This document shows positions 1 through 11,500 of a DNA stretch of 64,000 nucleotides, one piece after another. Both the position numbers and the translations under genes were made by a program. The notes beneath the pieces are model-generated. The model did not search any database. It saw nothing but the letters and a program-made list of their open reading frames with translations, and had not been told where the DNA came from. Origin of the DNA: Klebsormidium nitens. Taxonomy: Eukaryota > Plantae > Klebsormidiophyceae. Position 1 is the first letter of the stretch. Every line of letters starts with the position of its first letter. Where the stretch lies: NCBI GenBank assembly GCA_000708835.1, contig DF237134.1:1-64000 (forward strand), in the 5' to 3' direction.

Positions 1-149
1 AGAATGGTCGCCCAAACTTGCCTGAATGAGTGACCAGCCACTTGCATTTACATCTGCTGGATCCTTCTTCGTTTCCCTAAGCCTCCGCTCCTTTCGTGCA
101 GGAGCTTCGCTGTCGCGCCTCTGGGGACATTCCCCGGCAGGGTCGCGCC

Positions 150-197
150 GAGAGCCAGCTCAACCTTTACCGGGAGAGCCAGCTCAACCTTTACCGG
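150..197. repeat. 24-bp tandem duplication (GAGAGCCAGCTCAACCTTTACCGG x2)
   Basis: Two adjacent identical 24-mers at 150-173 and 174-197. Confidence 0.85.
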
Positions 198-441
198 GGA
201 CTGAATCCGCGAATTCACAATTCTCCTTTCGACAAGTCGAGATGATTTCGTAACGGTATTAGAGAAGCTGGTCACAGTGCAATGTGACCCGTGCAGTGGG
301 CTTGCAAACGGAAGCCTGGGAAGGCGCTGCTGTCCCGCCTCAAGTGCAAGTTGTGCACCTTTCTCTTCTGAACGTGCAGTGGAAGGGGAAGGGGCATGTG
401 CATCAGGGTGCTGAATCAGTCCTGTAAAGGGCACCTGCGGG

Positions 442-951
442 ATGCAGGGTTTGTGGCTGGGCACCTGGCTGCGCTACCTGGCCGGCACTCGGCTCGCCCC
501 CTTCGTGGCGATGCCCCCCCGAGTGGTGCGCGAGCTGCTCGACCTGGCTGACGTCACCCCCTCCGACACACTGGTTGACATCGGCTGCGGGGACGGCCGC
601 ATTCTAGTTGCAGCTGCACAGCGCGGGGCGCAATGCTGCGGCTTCGAGATGATTTCAAGCCTGGCCAATGAGGCGCGGGAGAACGCGCAGCGGGCGGGTG
701 TCGCGGACCGCATCGCCGTGCACGAGGTGGATGCGATGAAGGCCGACTTGAGGAGCGCGAGCGTGGTCACGCTGTTTCTAACGAGCGCGGGGAACAAACG
801 GTTGTTGCCGAAGTTTGGGGCGGAGCTGGCGCCCGATGCCCGGGTGGTGTCCTGGCTGTGGGAGATGGAGGGGGTCAAGCCAGCGCGGGTGAAGCGCGTT
901 GGCGGGGTGGGCATGTATCTGTACACAGGTTCACACTTCAGAGAAAGCTGA
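442..951 (+). CDS. Class I SAM-dependent methyltransferase (FAM173/ATPSCKMT-like putative protein-lysine MTase)
   Basis: ORF contains APFVAMP, motif I LVDIGCGDGRI, post-I GFE, and VVTLFL...VVSW, which are typical of this family. Start codon not independently confirmed. Confidence 0.8.
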   Translation: MQGLWLGTWLRYLAGTRLAPFVAMPPRVVRELLDLADVTPSDTLVDIGCGDGRILVAAAQRGAQCCGFEMISSLANEARENAQRAGVADRIAVHEVDAMKADLRSASVVTLFLTSAGNKRLLPKFGAELAPDARVVSWLWEMEGVKPARVKRVGGVGMYLYTGSHFRES

Positions 952-2276
952 GCTGAAAGTGCAGCGGAGGGGGCCTGGTCTCTGCAGATGGCTAGAGGAG
1001 TTTCCCTTTAGCCCCTACTGAAAATCTGCCTCATTGGGAATCATGCTGAGGCATGAATTTCTGCCAGGCCCACAGTGAGGACACCAGATGAGGTGCAGGA
1101 AGGTAAAGTGCCATGTGGTATGGTCTGCACGGTTGAAGGCAGTCTGCTTCTGGTCATGCTGGAGTCATGATCAGTCTGCATGCATGTTGTGACGAACCGG
1201 CATGGAACTTGCTTCGTTATGCAAGTCCGGTTTCAGTGGCACGAATGGGTGTCTGAAGTAGCCACTGTAACTGGACTTTTATCGTTTGATCCAAGCACAA
1301 ACCTCAAGCAAGGGTCGGAAAAGGTTGCGGCAAGTAGTTGTCCCTCAACGGAGCTGAATGATGGCGCCAGTGAAGGACTGAAGCGCGCTTTTCATGTAGC
1401 TTTCTGTTCCTTGTTTGCAGTCTGCCCATGAAGGAATTGCAACTGGTTGTTTGATCAGGGGCTATTACAACGAGCTCAACAGTCCCTAATCCAAGCATCA
1501 AGCAGTATACAGGCTCTAGAGCTCGAAACCTCCAGCTAAAAGCCCTTCTCGAGCAGCCAGTTTGGGCCCACCCAGTAACAAGACGGAAATGATGCAGAGA
1601 CAGTGACTGAAATGGATACATAGCAATAACCTGCCAGCGACATGCTGATAAGTCTATTCTGACTAAGTACAAGCTTCTGTTAGGGAGTTACGATCTCACG
1701 AGCTCACATTGACCCAAGTACAGAAATCAGGACAAACTTTCTCCAGAGAAACACGTTCTCAAAAGCTGCCACATATCGAGCTAGCCAGCTAAGCTCATGA
1801 AACAAGTGCAATGCGAACCGGCCTCGAGTCAAGTGTCCTGGTTGGAGCTAGATCCGAACAATTACGAACGGGCCTGCACAGTCTTGCAGGTTGTATCTTA
1901 CTTTTCGTTCTTACTTAAACATGAGAATCATGATTCAAGTATTGTTTAAAACTGTGAAGCTTTTGATTGATAAGACCACACATGTACAGTGATAGAAACG
2001 ACATGTCCAGATCTTAGTCATGATGCACCGTCGTGGCCATGTGCAACGCGCACCTTCCGTCAGTGTCACATAAATTATACGTGTGCCTGCAACATCTTAT
2101 AAGTAACAAGTATGAACGAGTCCATATTTCAGGCTTGTGCATATGTGCTAGCTCACATCACTCGCGTTGATGATCAAAAGATTGCCGCCTGCAGCCTGCC
2201 CGGCGGCCTAGCTTTGACAGTGAGACATGCGCTGCACAGCATGCATATCCAACCGACATGATCACGAACAAACATG

Positions 2277-2340
2277 TGTCGCGACAGACCATCTCGACGC
2301 TAGATCATGTCGGCACCACAGCATGTCACTTGCATCACTC
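2277..2340. repeat. Repeat Y, outer copy (64 bp)
   Basis: Identical to 2679-2742; begins with the palindrome TGTCGCGACA. Confidence 0.95.
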
Positions 2341-2343
2341 GCA

Positions 2344-2676
2344 GTGAATAATGACTGCGCCGCGTCCAGCGCGATCAAGGCACGTCAGAACGGTTCATGA
2401 GTGTGAATGAGACACGGAATTACAACCACGCCCTCATGGCATGGAGGGAAACTTCTTACTGGCCATCGTACAACTCTCAAGGGTTTACAATGAAGTCGCC
2501 CTTACAAAGCCTCAGATTGAACAGAAGAAAGAATGCCTAAGCTGCATTCTTCCTTCAAGTCACCAGTCACCTGAGCCTGCAGCACTACTCAACATCATCT
2601 ACACAATACTGAGACAATAATTACACCAATTATTGTCTCCCCATCTAGTTGCGACACAAATCGGACGCGCGTGACA
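2344..2676. repeat. Repeat X (LTR segment), 3' copy
   Basis: Matches 4878-5221; contains an 11-bp-stem hairpin GAGACAATAAT/ATTATTGTCTC at 2611-2639. Confidence 0.95.
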
Positions 2677-2678
2677 GC

Positions 2679-2742
2679 TGTCGCGACAGACCATCTCGAC
2701 GCTAGATCATGTCGGCACCACAGCATGTCACTTGCATCACTC
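2679..2742. repeat. Repeat Y, inner copy, immediately after the polypurine tract
   Basis: Identical to 2277-2340. On the minus strand AGGAGGGGAGAG (2751-2740) is followed directly by TG at 2739. Confidence 0.95.
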
Positions 2743-3010
2743 TCCCCTCCTGGGTCCGATCGTCGAACTAAAGTCGGACCCAAACACAGCACTACAAGTG
2801 ACGCCCACAACTGTCGCAACGTCGCCGTGCACAGCTGCGCCGCCACACTGCTGCGGTCCTGCCCCGTTCCAGCCGACCACGTGCCAGCCATCTACTCCCG
2901 TCGCCCCCGCGCTCCGAGTATCCCCCCACCGCACGCCAGGCATCCTGGCACCTTCCTAAGTAGCCACCGCACACTAGGCACCACAGGCCTTGCGGCCACC
3001 TCCCGGCCGC

Positions 3011-3904
3011 TTAGGCACGCGCCCCTCCCACCGGCAGCGCCAACGAGCTGAGCTCGTACTCCTGGTCGTCATACTCCGACCCTTCCTCTTCCGCGCCCTC
3101 ACCAGCGCCCGCGCCTTCAGCAGCAATTGCCTGCAGCTCCGCCTTCCAAGCCAGGAACTCCGCAAACTCTGCGGCGGAAACAATGCGCAGCCCCTCAGTG
3201 TCGACGGCCACCACCTTTGACACGGGCTGCCGCACCCTTCTCTCGACCACCGCCGGCGCCGCAAGTGCTGCCACAGGCCTACCACCTCCCCGGGCTCTGC
3301 TAGCCTCGGAAATCCTGGGCACTTGCTCACGCGCTATCTTCAGCCGCGCATTCATCGCTGTCACCCGCAGCGCCGCCTCATACGCCTCGTCTAGTGTATA
3401 TGCCCCTCCAGCCTGAGCCGTCCCCGCCATCGCCTGCAAGTTCGTTTGCTCAGCTAGCCGCCTGTCAAGGCATGTCACAAACTTGGTCACCAACTCCTGG
3501 TCCCCAAGCGGCTGGCCCAAATCCAGAGCCAAGCCCTGCAGCCTGAACAGCAGCGACGGCAGGTCCTCGCCTGACTCCCGCCTGAACTGCACCCACTCAT
3601 GAGCCTTCCCCTCCTTGTGGTCCTCAAAGTGCCGCCTCAGCGACGCTAAGAGCGCGCCCACCGGGTCTGACGTCCTGCAGTGGGCCTCGTACTCCCTCTC
3701 ATGAGCAAGCCTGGCAGGGTTATCCAGAAACTCTCCCAAGAAGATGCAATACCGCCCTGCAAACTCTGCCCCCTCCAGCGGGTTGCCCACATCCTTCTGC
3801 AGCTTCTTGAACCTCTGCTCCAAGCTGCCCTTCACCATCAGCTCAAATTGCTTGATGGTGAGCCCCTCGCCCTTCTTCCCGGAGAAACCTCTGTCTCCCG
3901 TCAT
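3011..3904 (-). CDS. Retrotransposon Gag-like (Ty3/gypsy-type capsid) protein
   Basis: 297-aa ORF inside the repeats with gag-like segments (FSGKKGE..., QFRRESGEDLPSLLFRLQGLALDL, ELVTKFVTCL, TLDEAYEAALRV). A Cys-rich in-frame continuation follows the TAA (2792-3010). Confidence 0.75.
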   Translation of the reverse strand: MTGDRGFSGKKGEGLTIKQFELMVKGSLEQRFKKLQKDVGNPLEGAEFAGRYCIFLGEFLDNPARLAHEREYEAHCRTSDPVGALLASLRRHFEDHKEGKAHEWVQFRRESGEDLPSLLFRLQGLALDLGQPLGDQELVTKFVTCLDRRLAEQTNLQAMAGTAQAGGAYTLDEAYEAALRVTAMNARLKIAREQVPRISEASRARGGGRPVAALAAPAVVERRVRQPVSKVVAVDTEGLRIVSAAEFAEFLAWKAELQAIAAEGAGAGEGAEEEGSEYDDQEYELSSLALPVGGARA

Positions 3905-4877
3905 TCACCCCCGCTGGCGCCATCTCCCCTTCGTCCGCCCACCAGCTGGTCTCAAACTCCCACGCGCCTGCGCCCGCGTCCGCCTCTGCTTCTGCTGCCA
4001 CAACACCCTCGGCACCCAGAGTTATTGCTGGCCCCTGCGAAACCGCTTGCACTACTGCCAGGTACCTTCTAGCCAGCTGAGCCCTAGTCTCAACTGGCAT
4101 GGAAGCGCACCCGACCCTTGGCGCCTTGCTGCGCCCACTTCACCCGGCTTCCCCTCCGCAGCGTTACCAGAGCCGCCAGCTGCCGCACCGTCCCTGCAGG
4201 CTGCCAGAACCTTGCCCCTCGTTCTGCTCCGCCGTGAGCCTGGCGCCTTGCCACCAGACTCGCTGCCGCCGCTTCAGGCGCTACTCCTCAGCGCCAGCCA
4301 GCTCCACACCAGCTCCCGGCCTGCTCAGCGCTCTGACGCTTCTGCGCGCCCCCGCTCACACTATCTGGCCCCTGCCACAGTGTCCTGACAGGGCCTGTTC
4401 ATAAACCTGGCGCCTTGCCTGCGCCCCGCTGTACCACCAGACTGTCTGCAGCGGCTCCTAGCGTTACCGCAGCCCTGAAGACCTGGTGCATACCAACACC
4501 GTCAAATCTCAACTACTTGCGCCTATGCACAGCGCCTGTTCGCCGCACACCTCGCGCACCGCTGCTCACAGCAGCTCACCGCAGCACCCAATGCACTGCC
4601 TCCCACAGTCCACTAACTGTGACAGGGGCTGCCTTGTGCAAACCCCTTCTCCCCTGCGCCTATGCTCAGCTAACTTTGCTGACCACCTCGCGCCCCGCTG
4701 CTCTCCGCTCAGCGGTCTCCCCAGCACTTGATGCTGCTCGCAGTCCGCAGACTGTAACAAGGGCTGCCTTGTGCAGGCCCTTTCACCACAGCGCTCGCAG
4801 CGCTACTCCTGGCACCTCAGTGCTATTCTCCTTCCAGGCCTGATTCATCAACTCATGCAACCGTGATTCTTTCTTCT

Positions 4878-5221
4878 GTGAATAATGACTGCGCCGCGTC
4901 CAGCGCGATCAAGGCACGTCAGAACGGTTCATGAGTGTGAATGAGACACGGAATTACAACCACGCCCTCATGGCATGGAGGGAAACTTCTTACTGGCCAT
5001 CGTACAACTCTCAAGGGTTTACAATGAAGTCGCCCTTACAAAGCCTCAGATTGAACAGAAGAAAGAATGCCTAAGCTGCATTCTTCCTTCAAGTCACCAG
5101 TCACCTGAGCCTGCAGCACTACTCAACATCATCTACACAATACTGAGACAATAATTACACCAATTATTGTCTCCCCATCTAGTTGCGACACAAATCGGAC
5201 GCGACACAATCGGGCGTGACA
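4878..5221. repeat. Repeat X (LTR segment), 5' copy
   Basis: 344 bp; equals 2344-2676 plus the insertion ACACAATCGGG. On the minus strand it starts TGTCACG and ends TATTCA before a PBS-like 13-mer. Confidence 0.95.
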
Positions 5222-5545
5222 CATGCTGAAATTATCTCAAAAAGGACTCAGAAGTTGGATTCTTGTAACCCGCGAATAGGTTTTGACAATCTGCTCAAAT
5301 CTAATGGGCAAAGATGGTAAGCGGCTGATTGCGGCCACTGTGGAATGCAGCTTGCAAAAGTTTGTGTAGCCTCTGACAACCGATGGCTCAACCGATGCCC
5401 ATGTAGGACAATTACAGTATGTCGCCATGGAGCGTGCAGTCCCACTTGGCTCGGAACAAGCATGCAAGAAAGACCTTCGGACCCATAAAGACCAATCGTG
5501 CAGAACCGGGCTGTATATAGTTTCGACTCAGTCGGCAGATATTCT

Positions 5546-8500
5546 TCAAACTTTTAACGGATGAACTGCCGCATCCATCCTCCTAAATGCTGTCCGTATC
5601 CTATCTGCCATCTGCTCGTCTTCGCACTCAAGCTCCTTGCTCTCGTAGTCGAACTTCGCTTGCACCCCGTCCATCTTGACCGTCAACACTTTCGCCTCCT
5701 CGTCTAGATCCACCGTCCCAAATAAGTCTCTCAACAACCTTCTTCTTAGCCTCAACTCGTCCCGTTCTGACACACTCCCCGTGCCAACTAGAGCGAGCCT
5801 CTTTTCGGACGCCCCAGCGTCCAGCTGGAGCACCAGCGCCACCACCGAGTCCGCGACCATGTCCGCAATCGGGTCGGACGCCCACTCCATCACAAGCAGC
5901 TCGTCCGACTCGTGCCTGACCGTCACCACCCCGTGCACACTTAGCGACTCGACCTCCGCCTTGTCAACTGTTACCACCCCCTCGTACAGCTGCTCTAACC
6001 GTTGCCGCAAGGAGAAGAAGGAGCCCCGGTAGGGGAGCGACTGCCGCTGCAAAACGCTCCCCGAGCTCAGCTGCGTATACGTGTGCAAGTCTGCCGGGTC
6101 CATCAACTGGTAAGTGAAGCCCTTTTTAACCAGGAGCCCGCCCACTTGGGTGCCCTCCCCCGGGGTCTCGGCCGCCAGACGGCCGACGGTCTTGGCGGTC
6201 TTCTCGCTTGTGAAGTGGAGCTCGACGGTTTGCGTGTTCTTGGGGGTCAGCACCTGGCAAGAAACGGGAGTTCGGAGCTTTTCTCGGAGCTACGCTTTGA
6301 GTTCACGAGGTGGTTGACACGATCTGCAAAGTTTGAGTAGCGCCCTCAGAGAAAATCCTGTGAAGCTAGGAAAGTCTCGCCCAGTTTGACACGTATGCGA
6401 CCATTTGAGTCTGCGAAGAAAACGATTGGAGATGAAGATGAAGCTAGCGATTGCGCCGCTTCCAGAACGAGGAGGACCGTCGGTTTCTGCACGTCGCAAA
6501 TCTAGCACGTCGTCTTTATGAGACCGCTCGGATGTTGCGAAGACAAGGGCGAGCGACACACCTCAACTGTTGGCAGCGTCGAAAGACACTGTTTTGGCAA
6601 AAGTCTTGGACAAAAGGATGCATTTGAGTACGAAGGCCTTCTGATCGAACCTTAGAAACAGGGGCAGCAATTATATGCCCCGGAAAGCGGTCAACATAAC
6701 ATGACGTTTGGGTTGAAAAAAAGGCCGAAATTGCGTCAACAGAAGCATCCTCGACCCAGAGCTTCGCAACCGGACATTAGCTGGATTGAGAAGCACCCGG
6801 CTGTTCAAATGGCGCCTGGTACGCTCCGTCAACAGCGGCTCAGTTTGCGAGCGGAAATCGAAGCCTCGTGGGCTCTCAACCAACGACTCGTCACGAAAGC
6901 GAAAAAATTCACGTGGATTCCTAGCAGCAGATAGCTCTCACGAAGCGCTTCTTATCCCTTTCCTCCTACGCACACACGACTTACCGACGCACCCCATCAA
7001 TCTGCACACCTCACCTTGATGTCCGTCCCCGCAAACACGGTGTTGAGCTTGCTCTTGAGCCGCCCCATCTCGTTGGCCTCCCCGTGCACCAGAATGATGT
7101 TGGGCGGCCGCAGCTCCGTCAGGAAGTCGCTGGTCTGCGTGTAGTCCGCGTGCGCGGAGAAGGAGATGTAGTGCACGCTCATGCGGAGCGGGACGGGGAG
7201 GCCGCTTTGGAGGACCACCTCCTTGGGCTCCTTCAGGATCGTGCTCGCGAGCGTGCCCTCCACGCTGTACCCGGGCACGATGCACGCGTTGCGCTTGTCC
7301 TAGAAATAAGCGAAGATTAAATCTGGTGAAGAAAAGCTACATGTGTTGCGCAGGAGAATGTTGGGGATGTTGATGGATCGGACGTGTGCTCGCCAGCGTG
7401 CCCTTCAAGCTGTACCCGGGCACGATGCACGCGTTGCGCTTGTTGTAGGGAGAGTGACCATTGTGAGCAGGAAAGGGCCCCTTTCACAAGTATGATCAAA
7501 ATCCAGGTGATCCAGCAGGAATATTAGTGAGGGTATTCTCCGCGCTGTTCCCGGATCGGCTACATGCGTTGCGCCTGTTGTGGGCGGGAAGGAGGAGCGG
7601 ATAAAATGGACAAATCTGTAACGGAGTAGAGAGGAGACGAGTGATTTGGGGTTATGATCAATCGTCGCGTGGACTCAACTTTACTTCGATGCTTTATCCT
7701 TTTGCTGAGGGATAAGAGGACGACAAGTGAAGGTTCAGAAATTTTCTGTACGTGCTCCGCGAAGAAAGACCGCGTGCTCTGAACAAAGGGCTGCGCAAGC
7801 AGTTAAATATGAGGACCACGCGCACGCTCGTATCCTGTACTTAACCTTCTTGACAACGCCTTCCTGAGAGGCAACAGGAAGATGAAGTCCACAGTATCCG
7901 CAAACCGCCAGTGGTCCAAGAGACCCTCAATCACAGTAAACCTTAGATATAAACGGTGGGTTTCGAGATTCAAACTGTACAGCAGCTCTTGAACGGAGAA
8001 AGAAGTAGATTGACACGTGGCATGCTCACCTGGCACCACATGTCAAACAGCTGGCGCGACATGCCGCTCTGCAGCATCCCGGGGCTGGCCATCACAACCG
8101 ACGGGCCCACGTCCTCGAACTCCCGGATACTCCGCAGATTCGATATGAACTTGAAATTGAACGGGTTGTCGATCTCGAACTGCCCCCGGATGCGATCATT
8201 CATCGAATTGATGTACGTCTGGTACACGAGCAGCGACTTCTGCGCGAGCGGCGACGCATAGTAAATGGGCACGTGCTGGATCTCGGGGTGCGCCGCCCAG
8301 TACTCCTCCATGATGAGCAGCAGCTCCTGCGCGCGCCCGAGCGCGAACGCGGGGATGAGCACGCGGCCGCCCTGCATGACCGTGCTCGCGATGATCTCCG
8401 TGAAGCTGCACGGAGAAATTAGAGTCGTCAGCATTGGGGGGATAGTTCGTAAATGGAGCTCTAAAGGAGTGGCTCGATTCCCCCTTCGAAGCGGCCATGA

Positions 8501-11500
8501 AGGACTCAACGGCAATGATTCCCGTTGGGTTGCCCACAACGAAAAGGCCCCACTGGTTCCGTTTGTAAGTGGATCGGGGAGCCCGACATATGCTCGAGTG
8601 TAACGCACCTTCGGACGTTACAGTAAGCTTACTGAATCAAAAACGAGAGGCACTACGTCGAACCGACTGAGCTGTTCAGATACAGCTAAATGACTAACGG
8701 TCGGTCTGCCGACGCTGAGCCCCCACTTGACGCATGCTTTCTGTCGTCCAGAACTCCTCGGAATCTGCAGACTTGAAACCTCAAATCTTGATTGCTCGAC
8801 GGTTCAGTCGTCCGGCCCGCACTCACCGGCGCTCGGTTACCGCGCGCGGCTGGTAAATTTGCAGGCCGTATGTAAAAAATACCAGTTCTCTCGAAACTCC
8901 GTTTCATCTCAAATGTATGATGATCCAAACATCCAAACTCACCGGCGCTCCCGCACCGCGCGCGGCTGGTGTATCTGCACGCCGTACGTCGACTCGATGA
9001 TGCAGACGTCCGGCGAGAAGGGCGGCATTTCCGCGGCGCGCAGGTGGCGGTCCTCCTCCCGGGAGTAGTCCCCGGTGTACAGCACGCGCACGCCCGCCAC
9101 GTCGACCATGAACATGGCCGCGCCCAGCACGTGGCCTGCGGTGTACGCCCAGAAGCGGATGCCGTCGACTTCGACCGTCTGGTGGTAGTCGATGACCTGC
9201 GAGAAAGAAATAAAGAAAGTGTGGGGTCAAATAACATGTTCATGGTGCCTGTCAATGACCGTAGAAAGCAAAATATTAGATTGGTGTCATGGTGGTAGTT
9301 GATGACTTCGCCTGTGGGAAAAGGTGAAAAGCACTGGGTCGAAAAAAGTGTTATACTGGTAGTCGTGACCTTGGAAGAGGAAACAGAACGTGCTGGGTTG
9401 AACAGTGTGTCAGAGTAGAGTTTAAAGAAAAGGTTTGCGAGTGGGGCTCGGCTCGGCTTCTGCAGGGGAGGCATTGGCGTTTTTGCTGTTCTTTACGGAA
9501 GGGAGGAAAGGAACGAATCGTACGAAAAGCACGGCTGTCGTGCCTCGTTTTGCTTCAAGCCCAGTCATATCTCGAGCTTTGGACCAGCCCCTAGAAGCAA
9601 AGCTGGTGCTTCACTTTCTAAACGTAAGGAGATCCGTGGCTTTCCCCAGAGGCGCGAACGTCAGATACACTGTGCATTTCAACGTGCATCCGAGGTCGTC
9701 CGCGCCCCACTGATATCCGAAACCACCAAAACCGTTTGCGCACAATGACGAATGGGACAATGTCGGTTTCAAGAGTGAAAAAGTTACCGAACTGCGGGGT
9801 CTCCTGCAAACATCTCAAGCAATAGCATGACAACGAAACACGCGCTAAAATACAACAGAAGCACGCCCCATTCGACGCTGGTCCCGTTGCGCTCTCTCCG
9901 TCCTCATTGTTTGATGGCTTCTGAGCGAGAACGCTATGGTAGCAAACAAAGCGACACACACCGCAAAATAAGCATCAAAGATGTCCGCCCAAAGCGAGAA
10001 AGAAGAAAAGCAGAATACATCCCTATACCACTTCAATCCTAAGCATGGAGCTTTCTTGTGGGGTCCTACGTACTCCCCCCGTGTCGAAATTGAGAAGAGA
10101 TAGACAAGATCAGAGATGTCTACCTCAATCTTGGCCATGGATCGCTCCAGGTCGTGCTCATCGTAGAGCATGTCCTCGACGGCCACCTTGCTGACGCGCA
10201 CAAAGTCGAGCAGCAGCAGCTTGTAAATCGCCTTGGTCGCATGCGTCATGTACACCTTGCCCTTGAACGCAGTCTGGGACAAGATAGGCAAGAGGGCAGC
10301 AGTGTCAATGGGCTGGAAGAGAAACGCCGATGCTTAAACAAGTCCGCAGGTTCTCGTCCCAAACTTCGAATCCCTATTATGCTGCTCAGTCTTCGATACG
10401 GTCATGTGGACGTTGAACGGTTGCGCTTATGAGACCCGCCCGTTTTCTCTCGAATTCAGGAATAGCCATGCAAAGAAAAAGGAGCAAGACACGTCCTCTC
10501 TGGCCCCGTTTCCCAGCAGGCCTAACGTAGTAGGCTTCTTTGATGATCGCTATTCTGACAACGTCACTGCGTCAGCAGTAGATGCCGAGAAGTACACATA
10601 GGGCCCATGCAACAGGCCCTGATAAGTACTTTCAAGAACGATACGTTTTCAGCCTATCGAGGCACTTACCTTCTCTGTGACATACGGAAGCGACGCAGCA
10701 TGGTCCAAATGAAAGCTGCAGAGGAGTAGTATAACTGGTTGAGTCAGGGGGCAACTGAAAGGCGGAGGGCCAAGAAGTTGGTTAACAGAAAGTCAGAAAG
10801 TCCTACTTGCAGCACATACTTTGTACAGCCTCTCTGACTCATCGAAGCGACTTGCCAATAACCCATATGCCAAGCATCTGTACCACACTCCTCTTCTGTA
10901 AAGCTCGTTCTCAGATCGACTGAAATGAGACAATGACGTCGATCACTACAAGCTTGTCTTATCCAACCAACAATCTCAGCCCAAATCATGCTCGTTGCTC
11001 TGTTTCTTTTGGAAACCTCTTGGAGACTCTAACACTCACTGCGTAACAAGCAGGATGTCCACGGTGCTGAGGTCGATCTCATCGAAGAAGGGCAGGGCCG
11101 CCAGGCCCGAGTAGGCGGGGTGGATTCCGCAATCAAACTGCAGGGCAAAAGGACAGGGTGGTCCATGTGAGCAAGAGGACCGCAGGAAGCAGAAAAGATA
11201 CAGATGCCTGGCTCCAATTGAGGGTAATAAGCATGGTTCGACTTTGCTGTTTACCATTCTGGCCTGTTTAGCCATGTTTTTCAGACTGATTGGAACCGGC
11301 GGAGATGTGCAACTGTGCCTTTACTGTGCATAAGCAGGGTCCCAACAGCCTTGTCCTCAAGGTTGATGAGAGGTCAAAGATTCAATGCCGTCCGCGAGCG
11401 AGCCTCTCGTGGCACTCCTTTGGAAGCCTCACTGATGTCACTGACAAAGAGAAGCCCCGCCGGGGGTGATACTGCAGCGCCTCCACCCCTTGGAAAGGAT

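Larger units (their letters stand above)
2277..5221 (-). mobile_element. Non-autonomous gag-only LTR-type retroelement with split/permuted direct repeats (X-gag-Y-X-Y)
   Basis: Repeat X lies at 2344-2676 and 4878-5221 (identical by eye except an 11-bp insertion). Repeat Y (64 bp, identical) lies at 2277-2340 and 2679-2742. Termini are TGTC...GACA, flanked by CATG (2273-2276 and 5222-5225). PPT at 2751-2740. Internal gag ORF present; no pol seen. Confidence 0.85.

Noticed and set aside
2277-5221. Calling the element a standard DIRS/PAT tyrosine-recombinase retroelement
   Set aside because: No YR, RT or RNase H is present, and it has a PPT, TG..CA ends and a 4-bp TSD. The classification is left open.
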